The translations under genes were made by a program, and so were the position numbers. A DNA stretch of 64,000 bases from Malacoraja senta (lineage: Eukaryota): contig CM075981.1 of assembly GCA_038087875.1 (NCBI GenBank), positions 34,844,001 to 34,908,000 on the forward strand, given 5' to 3'. Of the stretch, positions 1-11,350 are shown piece by piece; position 1 is the stretch's first letter; the number at the start of each line of letters is the position of its first letter. The notes under the pieces are model-generated. The model worked only from the letters and a program-made list of their open reading frames with translations. It had not been told where the DNA came from and did no database searches.

Positions 1-2208
1 AATACTAACTAATAATATATTATCCTCGAAATTTGAACTATCAAGGGGCAATAGACAAGGATGTTCATTATCACCGCTGTTATTTGCTTTAGTAATTGAA
101 CCCCTTGCTGAAAAAATAAGAACACACATGGATATTTACGGTTATAATACAAAATATTCAAATAACAAAATATCCTTATATGCCGATGACGTACTATTAT
201 ACATCACAAAACCACAAATTAGTATACCAAATATATTAAATTTAATTGAGGACTTTGGATCCTTTTCAGGATATAGAATAAACTGGAACAAAAGTGAAAT
301 TATGTCGATAAAACCAAAAGACTCAACACACCTCAGGAAATTCCCTTTTAAAATAGCCATAGAAAAATTCAAATATTTGGGAATTGAAATTACTAGAAAT
401 TACCAGGATATGTTTAAAGCCAATTATAATCCCTTACTTAAGAAATTAAATAATATGATTAAATTCTGGAAAACACTTCCGATGTCCTTAATAGGCAGAA
501 TAAATGCTATAAAAATGATTTTCTTACCACAAATCCTATACCTATTTCAATCAATACCTATATATATCCCAAAAAAGTTTTTCAAAAAATTGGACTCAGA
601 CATTACAAATTTTATATGGGATTATAAATCCCATAGAATACAAAGAGCACACCTTAATAAACGAAAAGAGTTGGGGGGTCTCGCGCTCCCTAACTTTATG
701 TATTATAAATGGGCAGTAAATATTAAAAATATGATTCACCTGCTGGACAATTCTGCCCAGCAGGTGGACTGGATTATAATGGAAAAAGAGGACTGTTCCC
801 CGAGTAATATAGGAGCGATTATTCTCTCTCCAATAAATTTGAATAATAAAAATTATAATAAAAACCCAATTATAAATAGCACAATTAGAACATGGAAACA
901 AATAAAACAGAATCTAAAATTAAGAAACCTATCTCTCTCAATACCAATAGTTAATAACCCATCGTTTAAACCTTCAACCATAGACAAATCATTTATAGAA
1001 TGGGAATCAAAACGCTCGAAGATCTGTATGAATTGGGAAAATTACTATCATTTCAACAACTACAACTGAAATATAATCTGAAAAATAATCAATATTTTAA
1101 ATATCTACAAATTTGTGATTACCTAAAAAAACACACAAAAGACTATCATAATATGCCTTCCGACTTACTAGATGAAGCAATGAAGACAAAGGCGGAATCA
1201 GCTAATCTAATATCGTACTTATATAATATCATTTTAAACATAGAAATACCCACAACAGATGGAATTAGAAGAGACTGGGAACAAGAATTAGCTATAAAAA
1301 TTTCAAAAGAGAGCTGGGATAACCATTTACTACAGGTGCATAAATGTTCGATCAACGTACGACATACGCTCATCCAATTCAAAACATTACATAGACTATA
1401 TTATTCAAAAACTAAATTAAATAAAATCTTTCCTAATGTTTCACCAATCTGTGATAAATGTCTATGTCAAGAAGCTACCATAGCGCATTCTTTTGTTTTT
1501 TGTACAAAAATCCAAAATTTTTGGTATGAAATATTTGATATTTTCTCAAAATTAATTAAAATAAAACTGGTACCAAAACCAGAATGGATCATTTTTGGAA
1601 TATCGGAAGGTATCCCTGAATTAAATGTGTACCAGAAGAACTTATTCAATTACGGGCTAATAATGGGTAAAAGGCTCATACTTAAATTCTGGAAAAATGC
1701 GCCCACACCAACAATAAAAATGTGGACATCAAATATGTTGGAAACATTACATCTGGAAGAGATGAGATTCCTCTTAGCAGGGAAAGCAGACCAATTCCAA
1801 AAGACGTGGTCTACGTTTTTGGACCTATTACAAGCATGAGGTGCAATAGTAATTTAAAAAATAAATAAATAAAGAATGGTATCAGGACCTGGTAATGGGA
1901 GGTAAAACAATAAAAACAGACTTGGTCGGTGGTTCCCTTTCTGCGATTGTTCCTACTTTCTTTTTCTTTCTTTTCTAGGATCTGCTTTCTTACTTTACTT
2001 CCTTCTCTAACTTCTTTTCTAAGGGGCTTTCTTTTCACAACACTCTTTTGCACTTCACGACTCTTGCGCACTTTCTTTACTTTTCTTACTTCTATCTTTC
2101 TCTTAAAGCTCAAAAAATGAAGCGGTATAAAAAATGTACTAAGATATAAGTGTTGTGTATTACTGTAAATTACCGTACTTCTAATAAAAATAAAAAAATA
2201 AAAAAAAA
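1..2208 (+). mobile_element. L1-clade LINE, 3' part of ORF2 (end of RT through C-terminal Cys-rich domain), 3'UTR and A-rich tail; runs off the window start
   Basis: ORF 128-1069 contains SLYADD and KFKYLGI; ORF 1000-1839 contains CDKC..EATIAHSFVFC; one frameshift near 1010; AATAAA and A-tail at 2183-2208. Confidence 0.93.
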
Positions 2209-2699
2209 GAATCACTCCCTGGAGCTGGAGCTTCTTGGTTTCCTGGTCCTCCAAAAATATTCCAAATGGAATTTAAACAGGAGTGGACCCACCACCACCA
2301 AGCTCCAAACTCTGAAAAATAACAGCTTATTGCACTTTATCTGTTTATTATTTGTGTATATATACGGTCTATGGTATATAGACACACTGAACATTTATCT
2401 CCTGTTCTGTATTATGTTTACATATTCTGTTGTGCTGCAGCAAGCAAGAATTTCATTGTCCTATCTGGGACACATGACAATAAAACTCTCTTGACTTGGA
2501 CCGAAGCAAAAAAGGGTTCTTGGGAAATAAGAGCTACCTTAAATGTAATCGCTTCTGGTTGGGTACCTATGGTAGGGTGAAGACTATTCCATGCTTTAAT
2601 TATGCGGGGGAACTCCATGGAGCAGCCAGCATCTCTGGATAGAAGAACTTGGGTGACGTTTCGGGTAGAGACCCTTCTTTAGATTTCCTCTGGTTTTAG

Positions 2700-2800
2700 T
2701 GTTTTTAGTTTAATTTAAAAGATACAGAGTGGAAACAAGCCCTTCGGCCCACCGAGTCCACGCCGACCACCAATCACCCGTACACTAGTTCTATCCCACA
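2700..2800 (-). mobile_element. HE1-type SINE, 3' fragment
   Basis: Matches the reverse complement of the 3' end of the 6495-6810 copy (ggaaacaagcccttcggcccaccgagtcc). Confidence 0.7.
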
Positions 2801-3354
2801 CGTTAGCGACGTAAGTCAAGAGTGTTTTATTCTCTCACATCCCAGTTAGAACAATGAAATCCTTACTTGCAGCAGCACAACAGAATATGTAAACATAGTA
2901 CTCTGTAAACAATGTTATAAACGAGAAAACAAAACAGTGTATATTTATATATGAATATAAATATGTATTTATATATATATTATATATATATATATATAAA
3001 GGGTGATGGCTCGAAGGGCCGAATGGCCTCCTCCTGCACCTATTTTCTATGGGTCTGAAAAAGGTTCCCGAACAAGAGCACCAGGAGAAAACCCATGCGA
3101 TCAAAGGGAAAAGGAGCAAACTCCATATAGACAGCACCCATATTCAGGATCAATTCCGGGTCTCTGGCAATTTTAGGCAGCAACTTTATGGCCAATGTAC
3201 TGCCCCATAGTCTTGAACTGAATTAAAACATACAGTAGCTGTAAAGGGGGACATAGCGTCACTTAGAGATTTAAGACTGAAAATGGATAGTTTCTTTTTT
3301 TTTAGTAACCAAAGCTATCAACGTATAATTTTTTGTGTGTTGGAAAATAAAATA

Positions 3355-3582
3355 TAGTGGCACAGCTGGTGGACTTGCTGCCTCACATGCCAGAGATCTG
3401 TGTTCGAAGCTGTCCACAGGCACTGTCTGTGTTGAATTTGCACATTCTCCCTGCAAGCATGTGGGTTTCCTCCCACATCCCAAAGATGCATTGGTTTTGT
3501 AGCTTAATGTGTCTCTGTAAAATTGCCCCTAATCTGTAGGGAGTGGGTGAGGAAAGTGGGATAACAGAACTTGTGTGAATGG
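3355..3582 (+). mobile_element. HE1-type tRNA-derived SINE (diverged)
   Basis: tRNA-like head (gtggcacagctggtggacttgctgcctcac...gttcgaa) followed by the family body. Confidence 0.75.
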
Positions 3583-4020
3583 GTAAACAAAAATGCTGGA
3601 GAAACTCAGCGACTGAGGCAGCATCTATGGAGCGAAGGAAATAGGTGACGTTTCGGGTTGAGACCCTTCTTCAGACTGATGTGAGGGTGGGGTGGGGGGG
3701 TGGGGCGGGAAGAAGAAAGGAAGAGGCGGAGAAGAGCTGGGCTGAGGGAGAGCTGGGAAGCGGAGGAGAAAGCAGGGATATTCTGAAATTGGAGGTCAAT
3801 GTTCATACCGCTGGGGTGTAAACTGCCCAAACATAATATGAGGTGCTGCTTTTCCAATTTACTCTGGCCATGGAGGAGGCCCAGGACAGAAAGGTTTGAT
3901 TCTGAATGGGAGGGGTAGTTGAAGTGCTGAGCCACCAGGAGATCATGTTGGTTATTGCGAACCGAGCGGAGGTGTTGGGTGAAGTGATCGCCAAGCCTAT
4001 GCTTGGTCTCACCGATGTAG

Positions 4021-4580
4021 GCTCAAATCCTTCAATGTGCGCAATGATAAGCTGTACGTGTTTTACAACACTGTGGTTGCAAGTGTCATTTTTTACGCTG
4101 GTGTCTGCTGGGGCAACAGCATCAGTGTGAAAAACAACAAGAAGCTGGACAAGCTGGTAAAACGGGCTGGAGGGGAGAGTGGACTCTGGGATGGATGTGC
4201 TTGAGAGGCATATGAGGCGCAAGGTGCAGGTCATCCTCGACAACTATGGGCACCCCCTCCATGTAATTCTGGAGAGTCAAAAGAGCACTCGGAACAACAA
4301 CCGGCTCCTCTCCCTGCGCTGTAGAACGGAGCGGTTCAGGAGATCCTTCACCCCTGCAGCCATTAGATTTTATAATACGGACCACTAGGCTGTAGGGGGA
4401 TGCTTTTTGCGTTTAAAAAAAATAGTTAATTATTGGTCTTTTTAAGTATTTATTGCTCTCAGGTATTGTCCACATTGTATTTGATGTATTTTCTGTCTGC
4501 GTTCGTTTTGAATGTGTGGGTTTGGTGCTTGGGGGCTTCTGGACATCTGAATTTCCCTGAAGGGATCAATAAAGTATTTA
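4021..4580 (+). mobile_element. Rex1/Babar-type LINE, 3' fragment nested in the Penelope element
   Basis: Translates as FYNTVVASVIFYAGVCWG...ERFRRSFTPAAIRFYN; ends in ggatcaataaagtattt. Confidence 0.75.
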
Positions 4581-4747
4581 TGTGTTTAAGAAGGAACTGC
4601 AGATGCTGGAAAATCGAAGGTACACAAAAATGCTGGAGAAACTCAGCGGGTGCAGCAGCATCTATGGAGCGATGGAAATAGACAACGTTTCGGCCCAAAA
4701 CGTTGCCTATTTCCTTCGCTTCATAGATGCTGCTGCACCCAATAAAG

Positions 4748-4751
<4 letters not shown>

Positions 4752-4781
<30 letters not shown>

Positions 4782-4790
4782 GATTATTAT
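4752..4790. repeat. (TAT)n microsatellite
   Basis: Direct reading. Confidence 0.9.
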
Positions 4791-5515
4791 TAGGGCAGCG
4801 GATGCAATAGATGAGGTTGGAGGAGGTGCAGGTGAACCTCTGCCGTACCTAGAAAGACTGCTTGGGTCCTTGAATGTAGTCAAGGGGGAGGTAAAGCAAC
4901 AAGTGTAGCATTTCCTGCAGTTGCAAGGGAAAGTGCCAGGAAAGGGGGTGGTTTGGGTGGGAGCGGTCTCTGCGGAAAGCCGACAGGGGAGGAGATGGGA
5001 AGATGTGGCCAGTGGTGGGATCCCGTTGGTAGACAAAGCTGGAGAAAATCATCAGGTGAGGCATAATCTATGGAGCGAAGGAATAGGCGACATTTCGGGT
5101 CGAGACCCTTCTTCAGACTGATGTCGGGAGGGGGTGGCAGGAAAAAGAAAGGAAGAGGCGGGGACAGTAGGCTGTGGGAGAGCTGGGCATGGGAGGGGAA
5201 GGAGGGAGAAACCTGAAATTAGAGAAGCCAATATTCATACCGCTGGGGTGTAAACTACCCAAGCAAATATGAGGTGCTGCTCCTCCAATATGCGGTGGGC
5301 CTCACTCTGGCCATGGAGGAGGCCCAGGACAGAAAGGTCGGATTCGGAATGGGAAGGGGAGTTGAAGTGTTGAGCCACCGGGAGATCAGGTTGGTTATTG
5401 CGAACTGATTGTAGGTGTTGTGCGAAGCGATCGCCAAGCCTGTGCTTGGTCTCACCGAGGTTGATCATACGCTGAATAATCCAACCAGATTTTTGTTTGT
5501 AAGTGGAAAGAAATA

Positions 5516-6411
5516 CTAGAAATTGCATTCATTGCAACGTGTAAAAAGAGATGAGATACTGTATTGTAATTTTGCTGCATGTCATTGTGGTATATATCAT
5601 GTCTTGATTGGTGAATATGTTTAGTTTGTGACTTTATTTGAAGCAGAAATAATATGTGAATGCTTCAATGACCATAATTTCGACTGGTAACTACGCACTT
5701 CGTCCGAGCACATTATCGCACGTGTCATGCAAGCCATCTTAAATGACCACCTAAACTGTCATTTGGCAACCTAAAAAGCTGCCTAGGTTGCCCGGCTGGC
5801 AACAGAGAAAAAAAGTTAAGTGAGAGCCCTGACAGGGCAGGCCAAACAGCTCATTGCATTTTCATTTCATATCCATTTTCATTGCAGTTTCAAGCACAGG
5901 GCAGGCCAAACAGCTCATTGGATTTTCATTTCATTTCCATTTCCATTGCAGTTTCAAGCACTGGGCAGGCCAAACAGCTCATTTCATTTTCATTCAGGGC
6001 TAACAAATCATTTATCGCAAGTACATTGCAGACTCACAGTTCAGTTGATTCACAGTTTAGAATCACAATTTTGGCCTCTCCCTCGCGATCTTCCAGAGTG
6101 ACTGACTCATGTCCAGGCATCCGGGGTTTTATAGTCCTGCTGCCCCCCCCCCCCCCCGCCCGCCGGAAGAGGCGTTACCTTCATCATGGTGATTGACAGG
6201 CGAGAGGACCAATCAGCTGATCTTCAGATTTTTTAAACACTCATAACCTTTTTATTTTTCATCGATCGGAAAAATCCTTGGGGCTGCCTCAGCGGAGGAG
6301 GACTGTGAGTAAGATGGCCAAATATCATAGCGATATAGCGCAGCATTGTTTCTAAAATCAATGTACAGCACAGACAGGAAGTGGTGAAGATGAGACTTTT
6401 AGTTATATAGA
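5516..6411 (-). mobile_element. Possible non-autonomous Helitron-like element containing a ~62-bp tandem repeat
   Basis: Minus strand starts A|TCTATATAACT at 6411 and could end CTAG|T at 5516; only a weak 5-bp hairpin near the CTAG; the left boundary is uncertain. Confidence 0.35.
5832..6000. repeat. Tandem repeat, ~3 x 62-64 bp (gggcaggccaaacagctcatt...ttgcagtttcaagc)
   Basis: Three consecutive near-identical units, the last one partial. Confidence 0.85.
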
Positions 6412-6494
6412 TGTCGATTTTACAATCAAGTCCCCAAAAGGTTTATCTTAATATAATATAATATTGTAAGACAAGCACTGTGTCAAATCTTATA

Positions 6495-6810
6495 GGGGTG
6501 GCACGGTGGCGCAGCGGTAGAGTTGGTGCCTTACAGCGCTTACAGCCTCAGAGACCCAAGGTCGATCCCGACTACGGGTGCTGTCTGTACAGAGTTTGTA
6601 CATTCTCTCCATGACCGTGTGGATTTTCTCCAAGATCTTCAGTTTCCTCCCACACTTTACAAAGACGTGCTGGTATGTAGGTTAATTGGCTTGGTGTATG
6701 TGCAAATTGTCCCTGGTGTGTGTAGGATAGTGTTAATGTATGGGGATCCCAGGTCGGCGCGGATTCGGTGGGCCAAAGGACCTGTTTCCGCGCTGTATCT
6801 CTAAACTAAA
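6495..6810 (+). mobile_element. Full-length HE1-type tRNA-derived SINE
   Basis: A box tggcgcagcgg, B-box-like ggtcgatcc, family body, 3' end cctgtttccgcgctgtatctctaaactaaa; more than 12 related copies in the window. Confidence 0.88.
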
Positions 6811-7369
6811 GGTAGGCTCGCATAGCAAAGATAGGAGCCAATATCACATGTATAATGGTACCAGCTCTAACACTTTATCATCTCCTGACTAGTTCATCGC
6901 TTCTGAATTCACAGATAGTGTCCAACATCCATGTTATTCATTATCCTAAAACCAAGACCAAAACTGCAACTGTTGGCCTCAGTCCCAATTCATACAATTC
7001 CCAATCCATCGTCTTAATTTTCCTTGAATTCATACAGACCTTTCAGTCCTGTAACCTCCTTCCTTAAAGACCAAGTCAAACCATCTTTCCTGCTTCCACC
7101 TTTGTCAGCCCATCTTCTGCTAAATCTCTGCTGTCTTTTCCTTCTCCAGATCTAATCACCAATCAAACCTGCACCTCTCGTAAACTCCATTTTAAATGTA
7201 CTTCCACTACTTTTGACCTGGAGTCCTGCACGGAGTTTTGATCCACTCGCATAAGAAAGGATATATTACCCTTGGAGGCAATTGTTGCTTGGTATATTAA
7301 ATATTTGTTGATACATTCCTTTGATCTACCACTTTTTTCCTTGACATTTGTTTCTTGGTGGCCTGTGTG

Positions 7370-8257
7370 TGTGGCGTCCATATCGTGTTAAGATGGTGAC
7401 GCCTCGCGGCAGCGGTCTCTGCAGTCCGTCTGTCTTTTTTCAATTTTTTGTCCTGTTGAGGGTATAGTTTGGTTGTAGTTTATATATTGTTTTTAGCTGT
7501 CGTATATGTGGGGGCGGGGGAAACTTTTAAATCTTTTTCCCTGTCGGGTCTCCGTTGTCGTTGGGGCCTAGCACCGTGGAGCGGCCTCCAACCGGAACGA
7601 CCTGGGGGCTCCAGTCGAGGAACCTGCGGACTCACCATCGTGGAGCTGGCCGGATTTGGAGCGTGGAGAGCTGTGGTGGCGCGCGGCTGTGACCCGACTT
7701 TGGAGCTTCGGAGGCTCCAGCCTCAGGCCCGGTCGACGGTGACATCGGGAGCTCGTGGGTCCCTGGTGGGAGACCGCTTTTCGGAGCTCCTGCAACGGCA
7801 ACTTCTCCCGCCCGAATTGCGGGATTGAAAATGACCCGGAGTGGGGCCTTACATCGCCCGGCGCGGCTTTAACGGCCGCGGGACTTGCCATCGCCCGCCG
7901 GGGCTCCAACATCAAGACCCGGAGCAGGGCCTTACATCGCCCGGCGCAGCCTTAATGGCCGTGGGACTTGCCATCGTCCACCGGGGGCTCCAACATCAAG
8001 ACCCGGAGCGGGGCCTTACATCGCCCGGCGCAGCTTTAATGGCCGCGGGACTTGCCATCGCCCGCTGGGGGCTTTAACATCGGGAGAAGAATGGAAAACA
8101 GGGAAGAGACAGTGAGGAGCAGATTCACTGTGATGGATGTTTGTGTAAATCATGTTAATTGTGTGTCCTGGTTTGTTTCTTGTTGTATGACTGCAGAAAC
8201 CAATTTGAACTTCATTTGAGGTTCAAATGACAATAAACAGTATTGTATTGTATTGTG
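7370..8257 (+). mobile_element. GC-rich non-autonomous retroelement with an internal 83-84-bp minisatellite and a LINE-type 3' tail
   Basis: Starts near aagatggtg, is CpG-rich, and ends caaatgacaataaac(agtat/tgtat)n, like other LINE tails in the window. Confidence 0.55.
7833..8082. repeat. GC-rich tandem repeat, 3 x 83-84 bp
   Basis: Units begin gacccggag at 7833, 7916 and 8000. Confidence 0.9.
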
Positions 8258-9184
8258 TTCCTGTTGTGATTGTGGGATAACAACAATACAATTGACTCGG
8301 AGCACAGGGTCTGTGGTAGATTGAATCTGGAATTTGTCGTGAACTGACTAAAGAAGGGTCCTGACCTGAAGCGTAGTCTATGCATTCCCTCCACAGATGC
8401 TGCCTGACCCACTGAATTCCTCCAGCAGTTTGAGTTTTGCTCAAGAATCCAGCACCTGCTGTTTCTTGTGTTTGTCACAAACTGTGGTTCTGCTTGCAGT
8501 GTATGTGATACATCACACGAGGGTGGTGTTTCCATGCAGTGTATCCAATTCTGTTACTGATTTGCTGTTGCACAGAGTGAATGGGCAACATTTTGCTTCA
8601 TTGCGGCTTTGATTTGAACCTTCTCTAATCAACCTGAGCAAGCTCCTGTCCAATACCATCAAAGTAGGCCTTGCCCCAATTCAGAATTCTAACTTGTGGG
8701 CCCACCATACCTTTATCCATAACTATTTTAAAGCTGATAAACAGTGGTTACTGGTCCCAACAGACTCGCCCACCGACACTTTAGACACTTGTCTTTCCCA
8801 ATGTCATGAGAGTAGATCAAGCTTTGCCCTCCCCTTTGTAGGACCCTCTACATATTGCCTGAGGAAACCTCCCTGAACACATTTGACAAATTCCACCCCG
8901 TCTAAGCACTTGGCACTATGACAATCCCAGTCTATATTGGGAAAGTTAAAATCCCTTAGAATGACAACCTTATTAGTCGTGCAGCTGCCTGCAATCTCCT
9001 GGCATATTAGTTCTTATAATTCCTGTTTACTATTTGGGGGGGTCTGTAGTACACTCCAACAAGGTGATCATCCCCTTTTTATATTTCAGCTGCACCCATA
9101 CAACCTCATTGGACCAACCCTCAGTAATGTCATTTTGGACAACCGCCATGGCATTCTCCTTAAAGCAACATCCCCCTCCCCATA

Positions 9185-9574
9185 TAGACACAAAATGCTG
9201 GGGTAACTCAGCGGGACAGGCAGCATCTCTGGAGAGAAGGAATGGGTGATGTTTCGGGTCGAGACCCTTCTTCAGACCGAGAGTCAGGGAGAGGGAAAGG
9301 AGCTATGGAAGGTAAGGTGCGAAAACGACAGATCAAAGGGGACGAGGTTCAAGGAAAATGTAGAATATTTTCCTCTTCATCGCCTTTGATATCTCGTTTT
9401 CACCTTACCCTTCCATATCTCTTGTTTCCCTCTTCCCTGAATCTCAGTATGAAGATAGGTCTCAACACGAAATGTCACCCATTCTCTCAATCCAATGCTG
9501 CCTGTCCCGCTGAGTTACTCCAGCATTTTGTGTCTTTCTTCGGTGTAAACCAGCATCTGCAGTTCCTTCCTACA
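9185..9574. mobile_element. Fold-back element made of two inverted Penelope terminal repeats
   Basis: Left arm atagacacaaaatgctgg...cttcttcagac is the reverse complement of the right arm ...ccagcattttgtgtct. Confidence 0.8.
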
Positions 9575-9619
9575 TCTCCTCTCTTCACCTCTCTTACCCC
9601 CAGGTCTATCTCTCCTGTA

Positions 9620-9790
9620 GCACCTGTACCCTGAAACATTAAGCTGCCAGTCCTGTCCCTTTCTTAGCCAAGTGTCCATAACATCCACACTGTCTGAGTC
9701 GCACGTATCTATCCATGCCCTGAGTTCATCTGCTTTACCCACCAGGCTTCTTGCATTAAAATAAATGCAATCAAATCTGACAGTCCTATC
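9620..9790 (-). mobile_element. CR1 LINE endonuclease fragment
   Basis: Translation CIYFNARSLVGKADELRAWI...DTWL. Confidence 0.75.
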
Positions 9791-10382
9791 TTGCTCCATG
9801 CCATGCTCCTGTCTATTCTGTCCACTGGCCATTCTTTCATCATCTTCCAGCCTCTCACTTGCATTGAAATCCCTTCCCTCCTCCAATCCACCCCTGGCAA
9901 TGAAAGGTTCGCAGCACTGTCAATGTTGTAGTGCCGTGGAAAGGACATTTTCTTTGCCAAGTTACATTGAGGAAATATTGTTGCATCAGTCGCTGCTCTT
10001 TCAGTAGATGATCAGTAGGAATCTCTAGGGTACACAAAAATGCTGGAGAAACTCAGCGGGTGCAGCTTGTTACTTGCTTTACTGATAGTAAGACAGTAAA
10101 TCTTACACTAGTGGTGAGTTTGGGATGTTGCTTTGAGGAATTAATAAGGTGATGAACCTTAAGGTGATGACCTGATTGATGTATATCAGATTCTGAGAGG
10201 TATAAATAGGGTGGATAGTTAAAATATTGTTCTTATGGCTGGGCTATCTAAAACAAGAGGGCATAGGTTTAAAGTGAGTGGCAGGGGATTTAAAGGTGAT
10301 CTTAGGGGTAAGGTTTTATTTTACACAGTGTTTGATATGCGGAACTCACTGCCAGAGCAGGTGGTGGAATCAGATAGTCAAT

Positions 10383-11350
10383 ATAATAATAATAATAATA
10401 CATTTTATTTGTATAGCGCTTTTCAAGGACTCAAAGTCGCTTTACATGGAGAGTCAAGAACAAAACAAAATAGAGCAGTAAGACAGAGATTCAAAGGGGA
10501 GGGGGACATGGGACTAAGGGTATGCAGAGGTGAAGAGATGGGTCTTGAGGCGGGACTGGAGGATGGTGAGGGACTCAGAATTTTGGATCAATTGTGGGAG
10601 GGAGTTCCAGAGCCTGGGAGCTGCCCTGGAGAAGGCTCTGTCTCCAAAAGTGCAGAGGTTGGATTTCGGAATGGATAGGAGACCGGCTGATGTGGATCTG
10701 AGGGACCGTGAGGGTTGGTAGGGGGAGAGGAGGTCAGTGAGATAAGGGGGGGCCAAGTGGTTGAGGGCTTTGTAGGTGAGGACCAAGATTTTGTAGATGA
10801 TCCGGTGGGAAATGGGAAGCCAGTGAAGTTAGAGAAGAGAGTTACAGTAGTCCAGTCGGGATGAGATGAAGGCATGGATGAGTCTTTCAGCAGCGGGGGG
10901 TGTGAGAGAGGGTCTGATTTTGGCAATGTTGCGGAGGTGAAAAAATGATGTTTTGACAACATGGCGGATGTGAGGCTCAAGGGAGAGGGTTGAGTCAAGG
11001 ATCACGCCAAGGTTGCGGGCCTGAGGAGATGGGGAGACAGTGGTGCCGTCAATAGTGAGAGTGGGGTTGTTAATTTTAGTGAGTGTTAATTTGGAGCCAA
11101 TGAGGAGAAATTCTGTTTTGTTACTGTTTAATTTAAGGAAGTTGAGTTGCATCCAAGATTTGATGGCTGACAGGCAGGAGTTGATATGGGAGAGAGGGGG
11201 TTGGTGGGGGGACTTGGTGCTGAGATAGATCTGGGTGTCATCAGCATAGCAATGGAAGTCCAGGTTGAAGTGACGGAGTGTATGACCAAGGGGGAGGATG
11301 TAGATGATGAAGAGGAGGGGACCGAGAACAGAGCCTTGGGGAACGCCTTG
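10383..11350 (-). mobile_element. L2-clade LINE, 3' fragment with an internal deletion
   Basis: [61 protein letters not shown]; 3' tail aataaaatg(tat)n. Confidence 0.88.

Larger units (their letters stand above)
3587..5460 (-). mobile_element. Penelope-like element fragments (GIY-YIG end and terminal repeats), interrupted by nested insertions at 4021-4790
   Basis: Minus-strand translations give GETKHRLGDRFAQHL, PDLPVAQHFNSPSHSESDLSVLGLLHGQSE and LEEQHLIF; the body stops at 4020 and resumes near 4795. Confidence 0.85.

Noticed and set aside
1811-2494. ORFs 1811-2254, 1929-2120 and 2150-2494
   Set aside because: Low-complexity frames over the L1 3'UTR and tail.
5832-6000. 62-bp repeats as a CRISPR array
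   Set aside because: Plain tandem repeat with no spacers or cas genes.
6495-6580. tRNA gene
   Set aside because: A and B boxes are present, but there is no full cloverleaf and it continues into a SINE body; the same applies to all copies.
7833-8082. 84-bp units as HDV-like ribozymes or a CRISPR array
   Set aside because: No L3/P1.1/J4-2 pattern of the HDV fold was found; units are contiguous without unique spacers, and the DNA is eukaryotic.
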